A stretch of 64,000 nucleotides of DNA, from NCBI RefSeq assembly GCF_006345805.1, contig NC_042997.1, positions 81,096,001 through 81,160,000 of the forward strand. The letters are read 5' to 3'. Of the stretch, positions 13,300 through 25,811 are shown piece by piece (within the stretch, counting starts at the first letter, position 1; each line of letters opens with the position of its first letter). The DNA comes from Octopus sinensis (lineage: Eukaryota). The notes under the pieces were generated by a model. It saw only the letters and a program-made list of their open reading frames with translations, was not told the DNA's origin and did not search any database. The position numbers and the translations under genes were made by a program.

Positions 13300-14350
13300 A
13301 TCTAAGAGCAAAAAGACTTCATACTTGCAAATTGATGACCAAACAAAGCCACAATAGTCTTCATCCTCATATCTGATTCTCAGAAATCATATAAAAATTT
13401 TGACTTGAACCTGTCCATTATACTTATTTATCCTTAGGAACATGATTCTGGAATAGTCAATAATCACTTATTAGATAGAATCTTCCTGAAAGTCAAGGTG
13501 TTTCTTTAGATTTTATGGAACAAAACTCTAGAAGTTAATGATTAGTTTAAATCTATACCAAATAAGAACAGCACAACATTTCTACCATTTGATATTAAGG
13601 ACTGTTATATTTCTATTGACTAAATTCTACTAATCAAAGCATTTGACTATATTAGATCCACAACTCATATCACTGATCCAAAAATAGAAATAATATTACA
13701 TATTTGTAAAACAACAGTCAATTATTATAACTCTATTTGGATTCACAAATACTCTAAAATCTATTTCCATGATAGAATGAAGGCAAACCACTTAAGAAAC
13801 ATTTCGCCATAACACAAATATTAACAAATTTTTAATCAAAATACTATTAAAACTTTCTAACTTCAAAACTTTCCTAACTTCAACCAAAACTTAGTTCTTT
13901 TAATCTCTCAAAGCTGAATAACTTAAGCACAAGTTTATCATCAAATCAATGTTATTGTACTAATGTTATATCTTACTCTTTAAACTCACATTGTTTAGCC
14001 AAAGACAAAGTTGACCAATGTACAGTAATACAAGGAGCATCTCTAAAATATTCACTGAAATTACCTCAAATCCTTTCAAATTTAGATATAATTTCCACAG
14101 CTACACCTTTAGAAACCCCAACAAATGCACCAAAGTTTTCTGACTAGCTACAGCTGAAATTGAAAAATAAATCCGTACTTTTTACAATCTAATCTGGATG
14201 GTATCCAAAGCCAGATCCTACCAAGAATAAAAAACTGTGTGACATTTGCATAACTGAAAGTTTGATGATACTATTTGTTAAAATCCTTAAAGGACATTCT
14301 GAAAGGATTCTAACTTGTATACAAATAGATTTTAAAATAAACTTTTTCAC
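13300..14350 (+). pseudogene. Degraded Penelope-like element (linker + GIY-YIG endonuclease)
   Basis: SIWIH..HKY*QIFNQNTIK (~13735-13855; cf. IWFNPP..HKIFNRNT.K); HCLAKDKV.., RYNFHSYTFRN, LCDICITESLMI (cf. CNLCL.EK..I) at ~13990-14275. Confidence 0.55.
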
Positions 14351-14550
14351 CTGCTTAATTATTTAAATAGTAACATCAGTCTATGTGCATTTTTATTCCA
14401 CTTCATTTTCAGATTTACATTTCAACTCAGCATTTTTATAATGTGATTTATTCAAAATTTGACATGGTTCTAAATATAAATTTCATTTCTTAATTATTAT
14501 CTCTTCATTGCATAATCTAAATTCTTAGTTTTCACTTTACTATTCTATTA

Positions 14551-14787
14551 TTTGTTTCAGTCATTTGACTTCAGCTATGCTGGAGCACTGCCTTTAGTCG
14601 AATAAATCGCCCCCAGGACTTATTCTTTGTAAGTCAAGTACTTATTTTATCGGTATCTTTTGCTGAACACATCAACATCGACTGTAAAACGATGTAAACA
14701 CATCAACATCGACTGTCAAACGATGTTGGGGGTACACAAATACACACACGCACACAAACACACACACGTGCGCGCACACACACACAA

Positions 14788-14818
<31 letters not shown>

Positions 14819-14830
14819 CACATACACACT

Positions 14831-14889
<59 letters not shown>

Positions 14890-15026
14890 CGACTGGCTTC
14901 TTTCAGTTTCCGTCTACCAAATCCACCCACAAGGCTTTGGTCAGCCCAAGGTGCCATGCAATGAGACTGAACCTGAAACCATGTGGTTGGTAAGCAAGCT
15001 ACTTACCACACAGCCACACCAGCGCC
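14551..15026 (-). mobile_element. CORE-type tRNA-SINE (OR-like) with internal (CA)n/(TA)n microsatellite
   Basis: Minus strand: gtggctgtgtggtaagtagcttgc..ggttcagtc..gcaccttggg head/CORE, microsatellite 14735-14890, tail ..aaatgactgaaacaa; 31-bp internal tandem duplication ~14667-14728. Confidence 0.8.
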
Positions 15027-16726
15027 TATATCTAAATTCTTTCCTTTTATTAATTTGGCATTTATTGTCTTCTCTCCAAATAATACTTCCCTGGTTTCCT
15101 AGCTAATTAACTATATTGTTTCATATCTCTAGATTTATCTTCTATTACAAATTAAATACACACTACACACAAAGTCAGACAATTTAAATGTAAAGGTATG
15201 TTGATCCTATTTTTCTAATTAACTTAATTTATGAATTGCATCCTTTTCAACTAAACGAGTAAAAAATAATACATTAGCTTAAATTCTTTAATAATTATGC
15301 TTTATACCTTCTCCAATCTATATCCTTTTAGATTTAAAATAATTAATTCACTCTACTTTCTTCTGTTTTATCAATCTTTAGACTTATTTTGTTTTAAATT
15401 CACTCCCTGAGTTGATATTCTTTTAGGATATCTTCCTATTCCACAGTATTTTATTTAAATTGAGCAACACTGTCTCATAAATATTTACTGAAATTCCTGA
15501 AACATCACAGTCTCTTTTATATTCTATATTATATACTCATGTAGATTTAAATTAATCAATACTGTTTTATCAAATTCCATTATTCTTCTTTAATCAATAC
15601 TTAATAATCACTACATCAGATATACTAATTTAATTTAAATTCCTTAATCAATATTTACTTTTCAGATAATATTTAAAGAATTTTTCTAACCAAATTTTTT
15701 TCATATCTTGTACTAGATTAAATTCTTGAATTAATACTTCCTAACTCCCATCTTCTAAACCCCATGCCCTTCTAGATTTAATTACTCAGTATTTTTTCTT
15801 TTTCTTTTTAACTTTTTTGCCTGACTATTTTGCTTTAATTCTTGAACCATTTCCGTCCCTTCTATATTCCAGATTATATATTTTGTATACTTTTAGGGAT
15901 TTAAATTAATCCTTATTGCTTCATTACATTTTAGCTATATTTCCTTAATCTATACTTTCTAATCAAATCATCAGATATAGTCATTTAATTTAAAGTCAAT
16001 TCCTTAATCAATATCTGCTTTTTCCATCTTCAAACAATTGCAATCAATACTTTCTATCCAATTTATTTCATATACCTGTTAAGATCAAACTCTTAAATTA
16101 ATATCATCTTACCCTATTTTCTAATATCTATGCTCTTGTAGTTTTAAATTACTTAACACAGTCTCATTACCCTTTCAGTGTAACCTACTTAATGACATTT
16201 ATAAATTTAAATTAATTAATACATTATCACTTTTAATCAAATATGTATACTTTTATGACATAACATTGTAAGATTTCTTTCAACATGAACTAAATGAGTT
16301 ATGTCCTTTGCACTAAAGACTAACTATAAACTGCTTCACAAATGAAACTGTTGATTTTTCAAAATTTTTAAGAAACGTTCTTGAAATATCTACATTTTCT
16401 TCAATTTTTCCCTCATTTAAGTAACCATTTTTCATTTTCTAATCAGTCTACATCCACCTGTATTTATATCTACAGTATATTATATTTATGTAATTTTCAG
16501 AGCACATAGTGTTATTGATCACGTATAAAACCATGCATAGAAAAAATTCACTCATTGAAAATTCCTCATGAATGAAACAGACAGCTTTATGAAATAAATA
16601 TCCAAACTCTACATTCTTTTTCTTTGATGATTGTGGTATATTGTGTTCACACAAACAGAAACTTCCACTTATGTGTGTGTGCGCTGGGCATGTGTATCTG
16701 ATTGTATGTATACATGTGTATACATA

Positions 16727-17396
16727 CAGGGGTTGGACAAAATAATGGAAACACCTAGTATCACAGCATTATAATCTTGAAATATCTATAAAACTGTCAA
16801 AAGTTTGTCTATTTTTATGTTTTTGATTTACTATTAATGTTGCTTAATATGTTTTGCTAAAATTGCTGCTTCTTTTCAGATACCATCAGAAAAGGTAATT
16901 AAAATTCATTAAATGACAGATCTATTGGACTTTCAAAGAGGTAAAATTGTTGGTGCTCATATGGCAGGTGCTAGCGTAATGAAAACAGCCAAAATGTTTG
17001 GTGTATCAAGAAGTACTGTCTTGAAAGTAATGACAGCCTTTGAGAAAGAGGGAAAAACTTCCTTGTTGAAACAAAACTCCAGAAGAAAACCAAAACTCTC
17101 AGATAGAGACCATCAGGCTCTTACGCGAATTGTTAGAAAGGATCACAAAAGTACAGCTCCCAAAATTACTGCAGAGCTTAATGACTACCTTGAGAACCGA
17201 GTTTCCACAAAAACTGTTCGCCAGGAGATGCACAAAAATGGATTTCACGGGAGGGCTGCAATCAGAAAACCACTTCTTTCAAAAAAAATACGTTGCAAAG
17301 CATTTAGAGTGGAGTAAAAACCTACAGAATTGATCCCTAGAACAGTGGAAGAATGTTCTTTTCTCAGATGAGTCATCCTTTACCTTATTTCCGACC
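16727..17396 (+). mobile_element. 5' half of a Tc1-family (DD34E-type) DNA transposon
   Basis: TA at 16725-26 then TIR-like caggggttggacaaaataatggaaacacc; ORF 16913-17317 with paired-like HTH, GRKPK-like motif and RAA.RKPLL; after a frameshift at the A8 run continues WKNVLFSDESSFTLFPT (first catalytic D). Confidence 0.9.
16913..17396 (+). pseudogene. Tc1 transposase N-terminal half (frameshifted, truncated)
   Basis: 134-aa ORF plus shifted continuation to the SDES motif; stop in LQN*. Confidence 0.85.
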
Positions 17397-17399
17397 ACT

Positions 17400-18045
17400 G
17401 ATTGAGCTGCAGCTCCGTAATTCCTCTTTGGTCATGGAAATGAAGGGCTCTTCCATTGTGATGACTGCTGCTTTGTTTCAGGGTCGTACCCATTGTCCCA
17501 ACTCTTGTCACCAGTAATGATTCTCGACATGAAGGCCAGGTCACCAGTGACATGCTGACAGAGATCTTTACAGACTTTGACACAATGTTCTTTTTGTTCA
17601 ATGGTCAGCAGGTGGGAGACAAATATGGCAGAGAGACACTGCATGTTCAATTCAGACATTAGAATTGCTTCACAGACCCATACAACATACCAACGACATC
17701 AGCAATGTTGTTGATTGTCCTCCGATAATCTTCATGTACAAGCTGATGAATTTTCCCCACCATTTCTGAAGGTGATGCTCAGGACTGGTCTTCCAGATCA
17801 CTCATCGATGTCCAGGTATGTTCTCCTGCTTTTGAAGCGCCCATGCCACTTGAAACATTGTGTACGACCATTGCCTCATCATCATAAGCTTGCCAAAGCA
17901 GGCTCAATGTCTCCCTAGTTTCCCAAGTCTTTCCAAGTTTAACATAAAATTTCATGTTGGCTCTTTGTTTCAACTTCCTGTCTATGACAAAATTGCAGAC
18001 TACAGAATCCACATGATTACAAAAACACAAATTTTTCACAACTTG
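17400..18045 (-). mobile_element. Mariner transposase 5' fragment (pseudogene)
   Basis: QRANMKFYVKLGK..ETLSLLWQAY.DEAM and RIITGDKSW..GYDPETKQQSSQWKSP in ORFs 17779-18039, 17432-17659 and 17380-17601. Confidence 0.85.
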
Positions 18046-19004
18046 TAATTCTGTATTTGTGTTAACTAATTTTATGTTGGTTGTAAAGGTAATATTAAAG
18101 CTACACTAATTGAATGTCCTAACTAAATATATATCATACATATCTGGTGATTTGTGTGATATGAAACTGCAAGGCCATTGTCTTTGTCCATTCATATATT
18201 TAGAGTTTTGAATATTGTTTTTACCATATCTAGAATGTATATATATTCAACATATATATTCACTGTAGTACAGGTGCCTACATTAAATGGAGCATTGCTA
18301 TTTTCATCCACTTAAACTTACTATAACTACTAATGGTGCTGTGCTTCTTTCCAAATTCCAATGCTTTGGTGAAATGAGGTTTGAAAATTAACAGATAAAA
18401 CTTGAACTCAGTTTGACATTAAGTGCAAGTTCACTCAAAGTCAGACTGAGTAAACTTGCAACTATTTTTATTCTTGAGACTATTGAATCATTAAATTGCT
18501 GTTATTTATTTATTGAAAGCTGATGGCTTTTCTTTTTCTCTTTTTTTTTACTTTTTATTGGTGTTAATACTGTTTAGATTGTGCTTACTGACTATACCAA
18601 GTTCATTCTTTACGCAATTTATCAACCTGTATTTGAAGTTTACTGGCAAATTTTCTTTGTGATCATTCAGAGTAATATATGGCTTTTGTTTACACTTAGT
18701 TTTCTAAATTGCAATCTAATCTAAATTGTTTTGAGCTTTGCTTCCCTCTTGATTTCATCATTGTTGATGAAATTTGTCTCTCTAAAGGTGTGTATATGTC
18801 ATTTATTAAGAGGTCATTGTAGGTGTTCATATCTCATTTATACAGGTTTTATGTGCGAACGAATATACTCAGCTAGATTTCTTTATTGTTTATATGTTTT
18901 TGTTGAGTTTATATTGGAGAATATTTCTATGTATCTCCAACCTTACCTTACAAGGCATGTCTAGAAGCTCTGCTTTGAAACTTTCAAGATTCTAGATATA
19001 CCAT

Positions 19005-19220
19005 TGTCATTGTGATCATTATCATCATCGTTTTAACATCCACTTTTCTATGCTTGTATATGTTAGAGGGAGTTTACTAAGGTATATTTTCTACTGCTGG
19101 ATGCCCTTCATGTTGCCAACCCTTACCTGTTTCCAAGCAAGATATTTTCCCATTACTTGACATGCTTTGCAGAATACTGGAAATGAATGACACTGCTTTT
19201 ATGACAGTGATGCTCATACA
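19005..19220 (-). mobile_element. Short element carrying the RTE-type 3' tail
   Basis: Reverse complement of ggttggc..gaagggcatccagc and ..gatgttaaaacgatgatg. Confidence 0.55.
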
Positions 19221-19570
19221 TACAGACAGACACATACACACATATTCACACATACACACACATACATACATACACACATACATACATGCATACACACACA
19301 TGCATACATACATACAAACATGTATGCATACATACATCACTCCATCCATCCATCCATCCATCCATCCATCCATACATACATACATACATACATACATACA
19401 TACATACATACATACAATGGGCTTTTTCAATTTCTGTTTCCCACATCCATTCATAAGCTTTTGGTCAATCTGGAGCTATAGTGGAAGATATTTGCCCAAG
19501 GTGCCATGCTGTAGGACTGAAGCTGAAATCATGCAGTTGGGAAGTAAACTTCTCAAGGACACAGTCATAA
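19215..19570 (-). mobile_element. CORE-SINE 5' half plus its (CATA)n/(CATC)n microsatellite
   Basis: ttgcccaaggtgccatgc..ggactgaa.. matches the 14890-15026 copy. Confidence 0.7.
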
Positions 19571-20084
19571 CTGTTGGAAATTTTTGCTTTTCTAAATCAA
19601 AAGGTGTTTGTGGTTGATGAGTTTATATTGATATTTTCTTAAAAGTTGGTTTTCCATCTCATTCTGTCGCTAACATACTCCACTTTTTCTAGTTGTTAAT
19701 TCATTTGTATTTTGATTGCAGGTATTGTAATATTCTTTAGTAAATATGAGCAGGTATATTTTTCCACTATCAGCCACCTTCTTTGGTTATTTAAAGTATT
19801 CAGCTATACCAAATCTCTATAGCACTAAGCTTGCAAATACTTATATGCACAAACCAAACAGTACTCATTGATTCTTCTAGAGTAAATGAAGATTTGCTCT
19901 TGGACAGTCTTCATCAAATAATATATTGATAAAGACATTTTTGAAAATGTCAAGGAAAGTGTTTGCTGTTCACTGCCACAAAATAGTATGTCATAAACTC
20001 GTAGTTAGTCCTATTTATTTGCACTGTGCAGGAGATCAAGCAGGTTCTGTTTGATGGGTTTTTTGTTTATCGTAGGTTAGTACT

Positions 20085-21005
20085 TGTAGCAGAGCTACAT
20101 ATTACATAGTAATATGTGAGTCCACCTGCACAGCAGATGAATATATTGATGAGGTATCTAGCTTTGCTTTAATACACTAGCCTCACTTTGATACAGTAGC
20201 CTCATTCTGAAACACTAGCCTTGTTCTGAGCTACACTGTAGAAACTTCAGTTCCTGTCGCACGCAATCTCCCATATGTGACTCACATGTATTTTCACCTC
20301 AACACAAGATATATGGTTCATAAACAAAGATATTTTATCACACACACATTCTCAAAATGACTTTTCATTACACACATGCATAAATACTGTAATACAAATA
20401 TTATATGTTACTTCTTTCAGAGCAAAAGCAAAAACCAAAACTTTCTTTGTATGTAAACACACGATTTTGTATCATACTACATGCTTCCACCACAAAAGCT
20501 GAACACAGAATAAACAATATATTTATACACAAAATGTCTTATGGTGATTCATACCAACTGTTTTTCCATTTAATAAAATGCACTTGAACAGCCAATGACA
20601 GCCGCTATAAAATGGGATTTTTGCTTTTGCACTGAAAGGAGTAACATAATATTTGTATAACAGTATGTATTCATGTGTGTAATGAGAACAGTCATTTTGA
20701 GAATGCATGTGTGATAAAATATCTTCATTTATGAACCATATATCTTGTGTCGAGGTAAATAGATATGTGAGTTGCACGTGGGAGATTCCGCATGAAACTG
20801 CAGAGAAGACACGTGTCTTTGACTAAAACTTGGCAGGAACTAGAGTTTCTACAGTGTAGCTCATGACAAGGCTAGTGTCTTAGAATGAGACTACTATATC
20901 AAAGCGAGGTTAGTATATTAAAGCGAGGCTAGATACCTCATCGATATATTCGTCTGCTGTGCAGGTCGACTCACATATTACTATGTAATATGTAGCTCTG
21001 CTACA
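20085..21005. mobile_element. Non-autonomous foldback DNA transposon, TGT..ACA ends, 4-bp TSD (Ginger-like)
   Basis: Arms 20085-20436 and ~20615-21005 are inverted repeats; both flanks read tact; ~180-bp spacer. Confidence 0.85.
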
Positions 21006-21279
21006 TACTAATTGAGCAAAGATATCAAAGGTATTCCATTCCTGACCGTTTAGGCTTTTTAAGTGCATCTAGAACTACATTATCTAATGTGTCTTCCCTA
21101 TGCCTCATCTTTGATTTCATCATAGGTGATTGGATTTGTGTTATAGCATTTATTAGAAGTTCATTGGAGGTATTCATATCTAACTCATACAGGTTTTTAA
21201 TTTTTAGAACATATTTTGAGAGAGATTTTCCTGCTGATTCTTGGGGGTTGAATGACTAAATAAATGCTTCGTAGAATTT

Positions 21280-21600
21280 GCTTTTTACATGGCAATATTT
21301 TGTTTACCCTGTTGCCACTCTGAGTTTCTTGCTTTCTGCCCTTTCTTGGTATATTCCATCCATCCACCCATTTTCTCTGCCCATTATTCTTTGAGAGTCA
21401 TGCGGGTAGAGTCCTTGGGCATCTTCTCTATAGGGTCATATCAGAAGCAAATATCATTACGCTTCCAAGCTGAATTCCCAAGCATGACCAGATGAGACTA
21501 TCTAACCATCTTATTCTTGGTCTACTCCAAGGTCTACTGATTGTTGACTCAGCTTGAAGAAACTGTCTTGCAATTCTTTCTGTCACATTAGGAATACACA
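21280..21600 (-). pseudogene. Old RTE-like LINE C-terminal remnant (different family)
   Basis: SRPWSRPRIRWLD in ORF 21428-21613 (cf. RPRGRPR.RW.D). Confidence 0.45.
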
Positions 21601-21831
21601 AAATAAGTGTCAATGGAGTGAATTACACAATGTAACAAAATTTTTATATTTGTTTTTGTTTTTGGTCAGTAAGTGTTATTTCCTATTTGTTTCTATCTAG
21701 AAATCAAAGGAAATTACTACTATTCCCTTCAAACTTTACTTTTGTGATCTGGGCATCAATGTTTTGAAACACCTATTTTCCTTTACATTTCACACAGATT
21801 CAGTGCTGAGTTGCTGAAGCAGAAATACTGT

Positions 21832-21985
21832 TATAGCAAATATTCTGCTCAATACCAGATTTGCTTGTCAGTTGCTTGACCTTAATGACTTGAGCATGTT
21901 CTTTAGTGGCTGACAATATGTGCATCTCTGATCATGGGCAGGAGTAGTGGGAGGATATCATAGCTATGTGTTGAGAGGGATTTTG
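21832..21985. repeat. Partial, opposite-orientation copy of the 60682-61215 element
   Basis: agcaaatattctgctcaatacc..agatttgcttgtcagttg is the reverse complement of ~60960-61110. Confidence 0.8.
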
Positions 21986-23204
21986 AGGGTGTAAATAAAT
22001 GTACCAAAAGGAAAGTTTGAAGGAAATATTAGCCATTTTTCATACTTTCTAGGGGTAAGCAAATAGAAGATAACAGTTGCTGCCCAAGGACAAAAATCAT
22101 GTTTCACAGTGTTATCTGTTTCAAACAATGGGTGCATGTGTGTTTGTGTGTTCATGTGTGTATGTGTAAGTGCTTTCCATGTAATTTTGGTTGTTTTGTG
22201 GTGGCGGTGGTGGTAATGATGATAATGAAGAGGAGGATATATGTACGCATGCATATACATATATATATATATATGCCTGTATGTTTATATATTTAATTGA
22301 ACATGTGTGTGCATGTGTGTGTAATTGTTTTATCCTACAATTTGATATTGAAGAAATATAGTTTAGGTGGATATAAAAATCAAAAATATTATTTCATATT
22401 GGAAACAACATTGGTATTCAGTATTCAGTCTTGTATTATCATTCACCATTTTGGGAGAATAACACTTTGAAAATTCAATAAAATAAGTGAAATAATAATG
22501 AAATAAATATTATAATTCATAAATTCTTATCACAAACTGATCTTTGGTCTGAGTTTAATAATTCATGAAATACATTCTTTCGTCTTTAGGTCACAATTCA
22601 ACTTACAGGTGATTAATATTTTTAAATCTTTGAAAGGGGGAAAAAATGTTGTTTCTGACAAGGAAAGTTCATTCATTATTTTTTCTTTTTTGTTGAGTTA
22701 AAAAAATAGTTAGGAGACAAATAAACAAGTCACATGAACCATCAAATTTTTTATTTTGGCTTTTTTTTTTTAATATTTCATATTATATTTTACTAAAGAG
22801 AAAATAAACATAATCTTAATGGCTTTCTTATATTCAGTATTATGATGTTTTTAAATCTGATTTTTAGAGATGACATGATAGAAACAAGGTGGGGTATCTT
22901 ATAGAATGCTAGAGTGTTTTTATACACATAATATTCAATTTCAATATAAGCATGGAATTCAGACTGAAGAGAAGCTGGCTCAATCTTTAAGATGATGAAA
23001 TTAGAAACTGAACGTTGACAGAACAACTCAGTTTTGATAAAAATTTAATATAAAAACAATAGATAAAATATATATAAAAAATTTAATATGAAAAATAAAT
23101 AAAACATATAAAAAAAACTGATATATTGATTCACTGGTACTTTCAAATTTCACTAATATTTCCTATTATTAATATTATTATTTTTATTTTTATTATTATT
23201 ATTA

Positions 23205-23345
23205 TTTTTGCCTTTCATCCTTTCAATGTCAATAAAATAAGTAACAGTTGAACACTAGGGTTGATGTAACTGACTTAGCCTCACCCTTGAAATTGCTGGA
23301 CTTATGCCAAAATTTGAAACATTTATTATTATTATCATTATTATT
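23205..23345 (+). mobile_element. Nin/Deu-type SINE 3' fragment with (ATT)n tail
   Basis: gcctttcatcctttc..gaaattgctgga..ccaaaatttgaaac. Confidence 0.7.
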
Positions 23346-23404
23346 ATTATTGTTGTTGTTGTTAACAAAAATAGAAGAGTGCCATTGTTATCAAGTGAAT
23401 GATA

Positions 23405-23437
<33 letters not shown>

Positions 23438-23509
23438 CAATAATATTAATATGCTTAGTTTTGTTTGTTTTTGTATGTACCTGTGGTGTGTGTCACACTT
23501 ACTTCAAAG

Positions 23510-23620
23510 GAAGAAGTGAGTGGCAAAGCGAGAGAGAGGAGAACAGAGAGAAAGTAAGAGAGAAAAAGAGAGAATGAGAGAGAGAGAGAAAGAGAGAGAG
23601 AGCGAGTGAAAGAGACAGTG
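23510..23620. repeat. (GA)n-rich purine tract
   Basis: Direct reading. Confidence 0.85.
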
Positions 23621-23892
23621 GTTAGTAATGATGTTTGTTTTGTGTTCTTAAATGTTTATCACATCGCAAGAAAAGTAGATACATAAATCCAAAGAAAGTT
23701 GATACACATATTGTTAAATTAAAAGTGGGAGAGAGGAAAGACACAGAAGAAGTGAGAGGGAAAGAGAAAGAGAGAAAGTGAGACAGTAGATACATAGATT
23801 GAAAGAAAAGTTGATACATAGATACATAGACATTGCTAAATCAAAGACAAATAACTACAGCAAATATTGGCTCTCACTTTCACTTTTCATTA

Positions 23893-24064
23893 CTGCACGA
23901 GGACAAAAGTAACTTGCATAGTGGCTGAGTACTTCACAGACATGCAAACCATTAACGTTGTTCTCAGGGAGATTCAGCCTCACACAGAATATGACAAGGC
24001 TGGCCCCTTTCAGTCACAGCTACAACTCATTTTGGCTAGCTGAATGGACTAGAGCAAGATAAAC
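23893..24064 (-). mobile_element. Internal fragment of the tRNA-SINE family seen at 59528-59830
   Basis: gtggctgagtact..tctcagggagattcagc..gacaaggctggcccc..tacaactcatttt. Confidence 0.7.
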
Positions 24065-24360
24065 CTTCAAATGATTGGAAGAAAATGAAAAAAGATCCTA
24101 TATTGGAACAGGAAAATCTTTTTAGGTCACTATGGGTGTTAATCTAGTCCTAACAGCGGCATTTGTGGGTCTCACAGATCTGGAGGCCAAGCTATCTGGA
24201 GGCCTAGATAAACATCGATGTGCAGGCTATTATCAAACTGAACATGAGTCAAGAGCAAATATATGACAGAATAGCAATTATTTCGTTTTATCTTCCGCTG
24301 CTTATACTAAACACGTGACAATATGGAACATTTCCTTTTCTTCCACTCTTTTTTAAAAAA

Positions 24361-24672
24361 TGGCACTCTGATCGATGGAACAGTTTATCTGATCAATGGA
24401 ACAGTCTGCTCATAAAATTAATGCATATGTGGCTGGGCACTCCACAGACATGCAGACCATAACGTAGTTCTAAGGGAGATTCAGCCTCACACAGAATGTG
24501 ACAAGGCTGGCTCCTTTCAGTTACAGCTACAACTCATTTTTTCCAGCTGAGTGGATTGCAGTAAGGTGAAGTAAAGTATATTGCTTAAGAACACAGCACA
24601 CTGCTGGGAATTGTATTCATGACTTTATGATCGTGGGCTGAATACCCCTAACCACTGAACTATGCGCCTTCA
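24361..24672 (-). mobile_element. Near full-length tRNA-SINE (family of 59528-59830)
   Basis: Reverse complement includes head (ttcagtggttaggggtattc) and body; 20-bp internal duplication near 24368-24405. Confidence 0.75.
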
Positions 24673-25181
24673 CTCTCTTAACCATATAGAAAAGGAGTGA
24701 ATCGATAGAGACAGAGAAAGGAAAGCATCAATCATTTTCAATGACAATTAGACTGAAATATGATTGATCTTTTCTAGCTTCTTTACTTTTAACGATGAAG
24801 CAGAGGGAAAGACATTTAGTAATGAATGGAGGGAAAATCTTTCAGGCGTTTACGTTTTTATTCTGGGAGTTCTAGAAGGATTGAGTGTTAGTTCTCTCTT
24901 CTTTCCCCCACCCTCGGTACTTATTTGCCTTCTTTCATAGTTCTTCATGTCTCTTGGTTGGGGGGAAAGACCATGTTTTTTTTTTCAGGCATGTTTAACA
25001 TTTTCTCTACAAACTACAAACAAGCCCCACCACTTGCTTTTTCTTCTTATACAAAAACTAATGAATGGGATATAGCTGTTAAAAGAGCCCAGAAAAATGG
25101 GTAATTCTCCCTACAAAATGGGTAGGAGAGAAAAGTTGCCAACAGGTGGCTAAACGAAATTTAACTCTAGAATGTCTTCTG

Positions 25182-25499
25182 CTATAACCTCAGACTGACC
25201 AAAGCCTCGTGAGTGAATTTGGTAGACAGAAACTGAAAGAAGCCCATCATATAAGTGAGTGTGTGTGTGTGTATTTATGTGTGTGTGTTGTTTGTAGCTG
25301 TGTTTGCCCAGATCACCATTACTTGACAACGGATGTTGGTGGGTTTGAGTCCCCATAACATAGCTGTTTAACAGAAGAGACTGATAGAATAAGCATCAGG
25401 CTTACAGGGAATAAGTCCAGGGGTCAATTTTTTTGACTAAAGGGTTGTGCTTCAGCCTGGCCACCATCAAATAACTGGAACAAGTAAAAGAATAAAAGA
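25182..25499 (+). mobile_element. CORE-SINE lacking its tRNA head
   Basis: accaaagcctcgtgagtgaatttggtagacagaaactgaaagaagccc, (TG)n, tail ..ggaacaagtaaaagaataaaag. Confidence 0.75.
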
Positions 25500-25811
25500 C
25501 TACCAGAAGAACTTTCTGTACCACTACACCCAAGAAGGCTCTTTGAATATGTATGATGTATTTTAAGGCTAAATAGTAATTCTGCTTATATTTGCGTAAC
25601 TGAGATGTTTTGGTTGGATTATATAGTTATCGGTTTTACATTTCTTTCTATATTCTGTAATTGTCACAATATAGAAACCTTTCTCATGGCACCAGCACAT
25701 AATTTACAGATGTTTACATTTTTTAATATTTTCTGTGAATTTTTCACGGGTCCAGCTGGTTATTATTACTATTACTATTATTACTATTATTATTATAATT
25801 ATTATATTATT

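Noticed and set aside
16913-18045. Chimeric Tc1-mariner transposase gene
   Set aside because: The halves are on opposite strands and both have stops or frameshifts.
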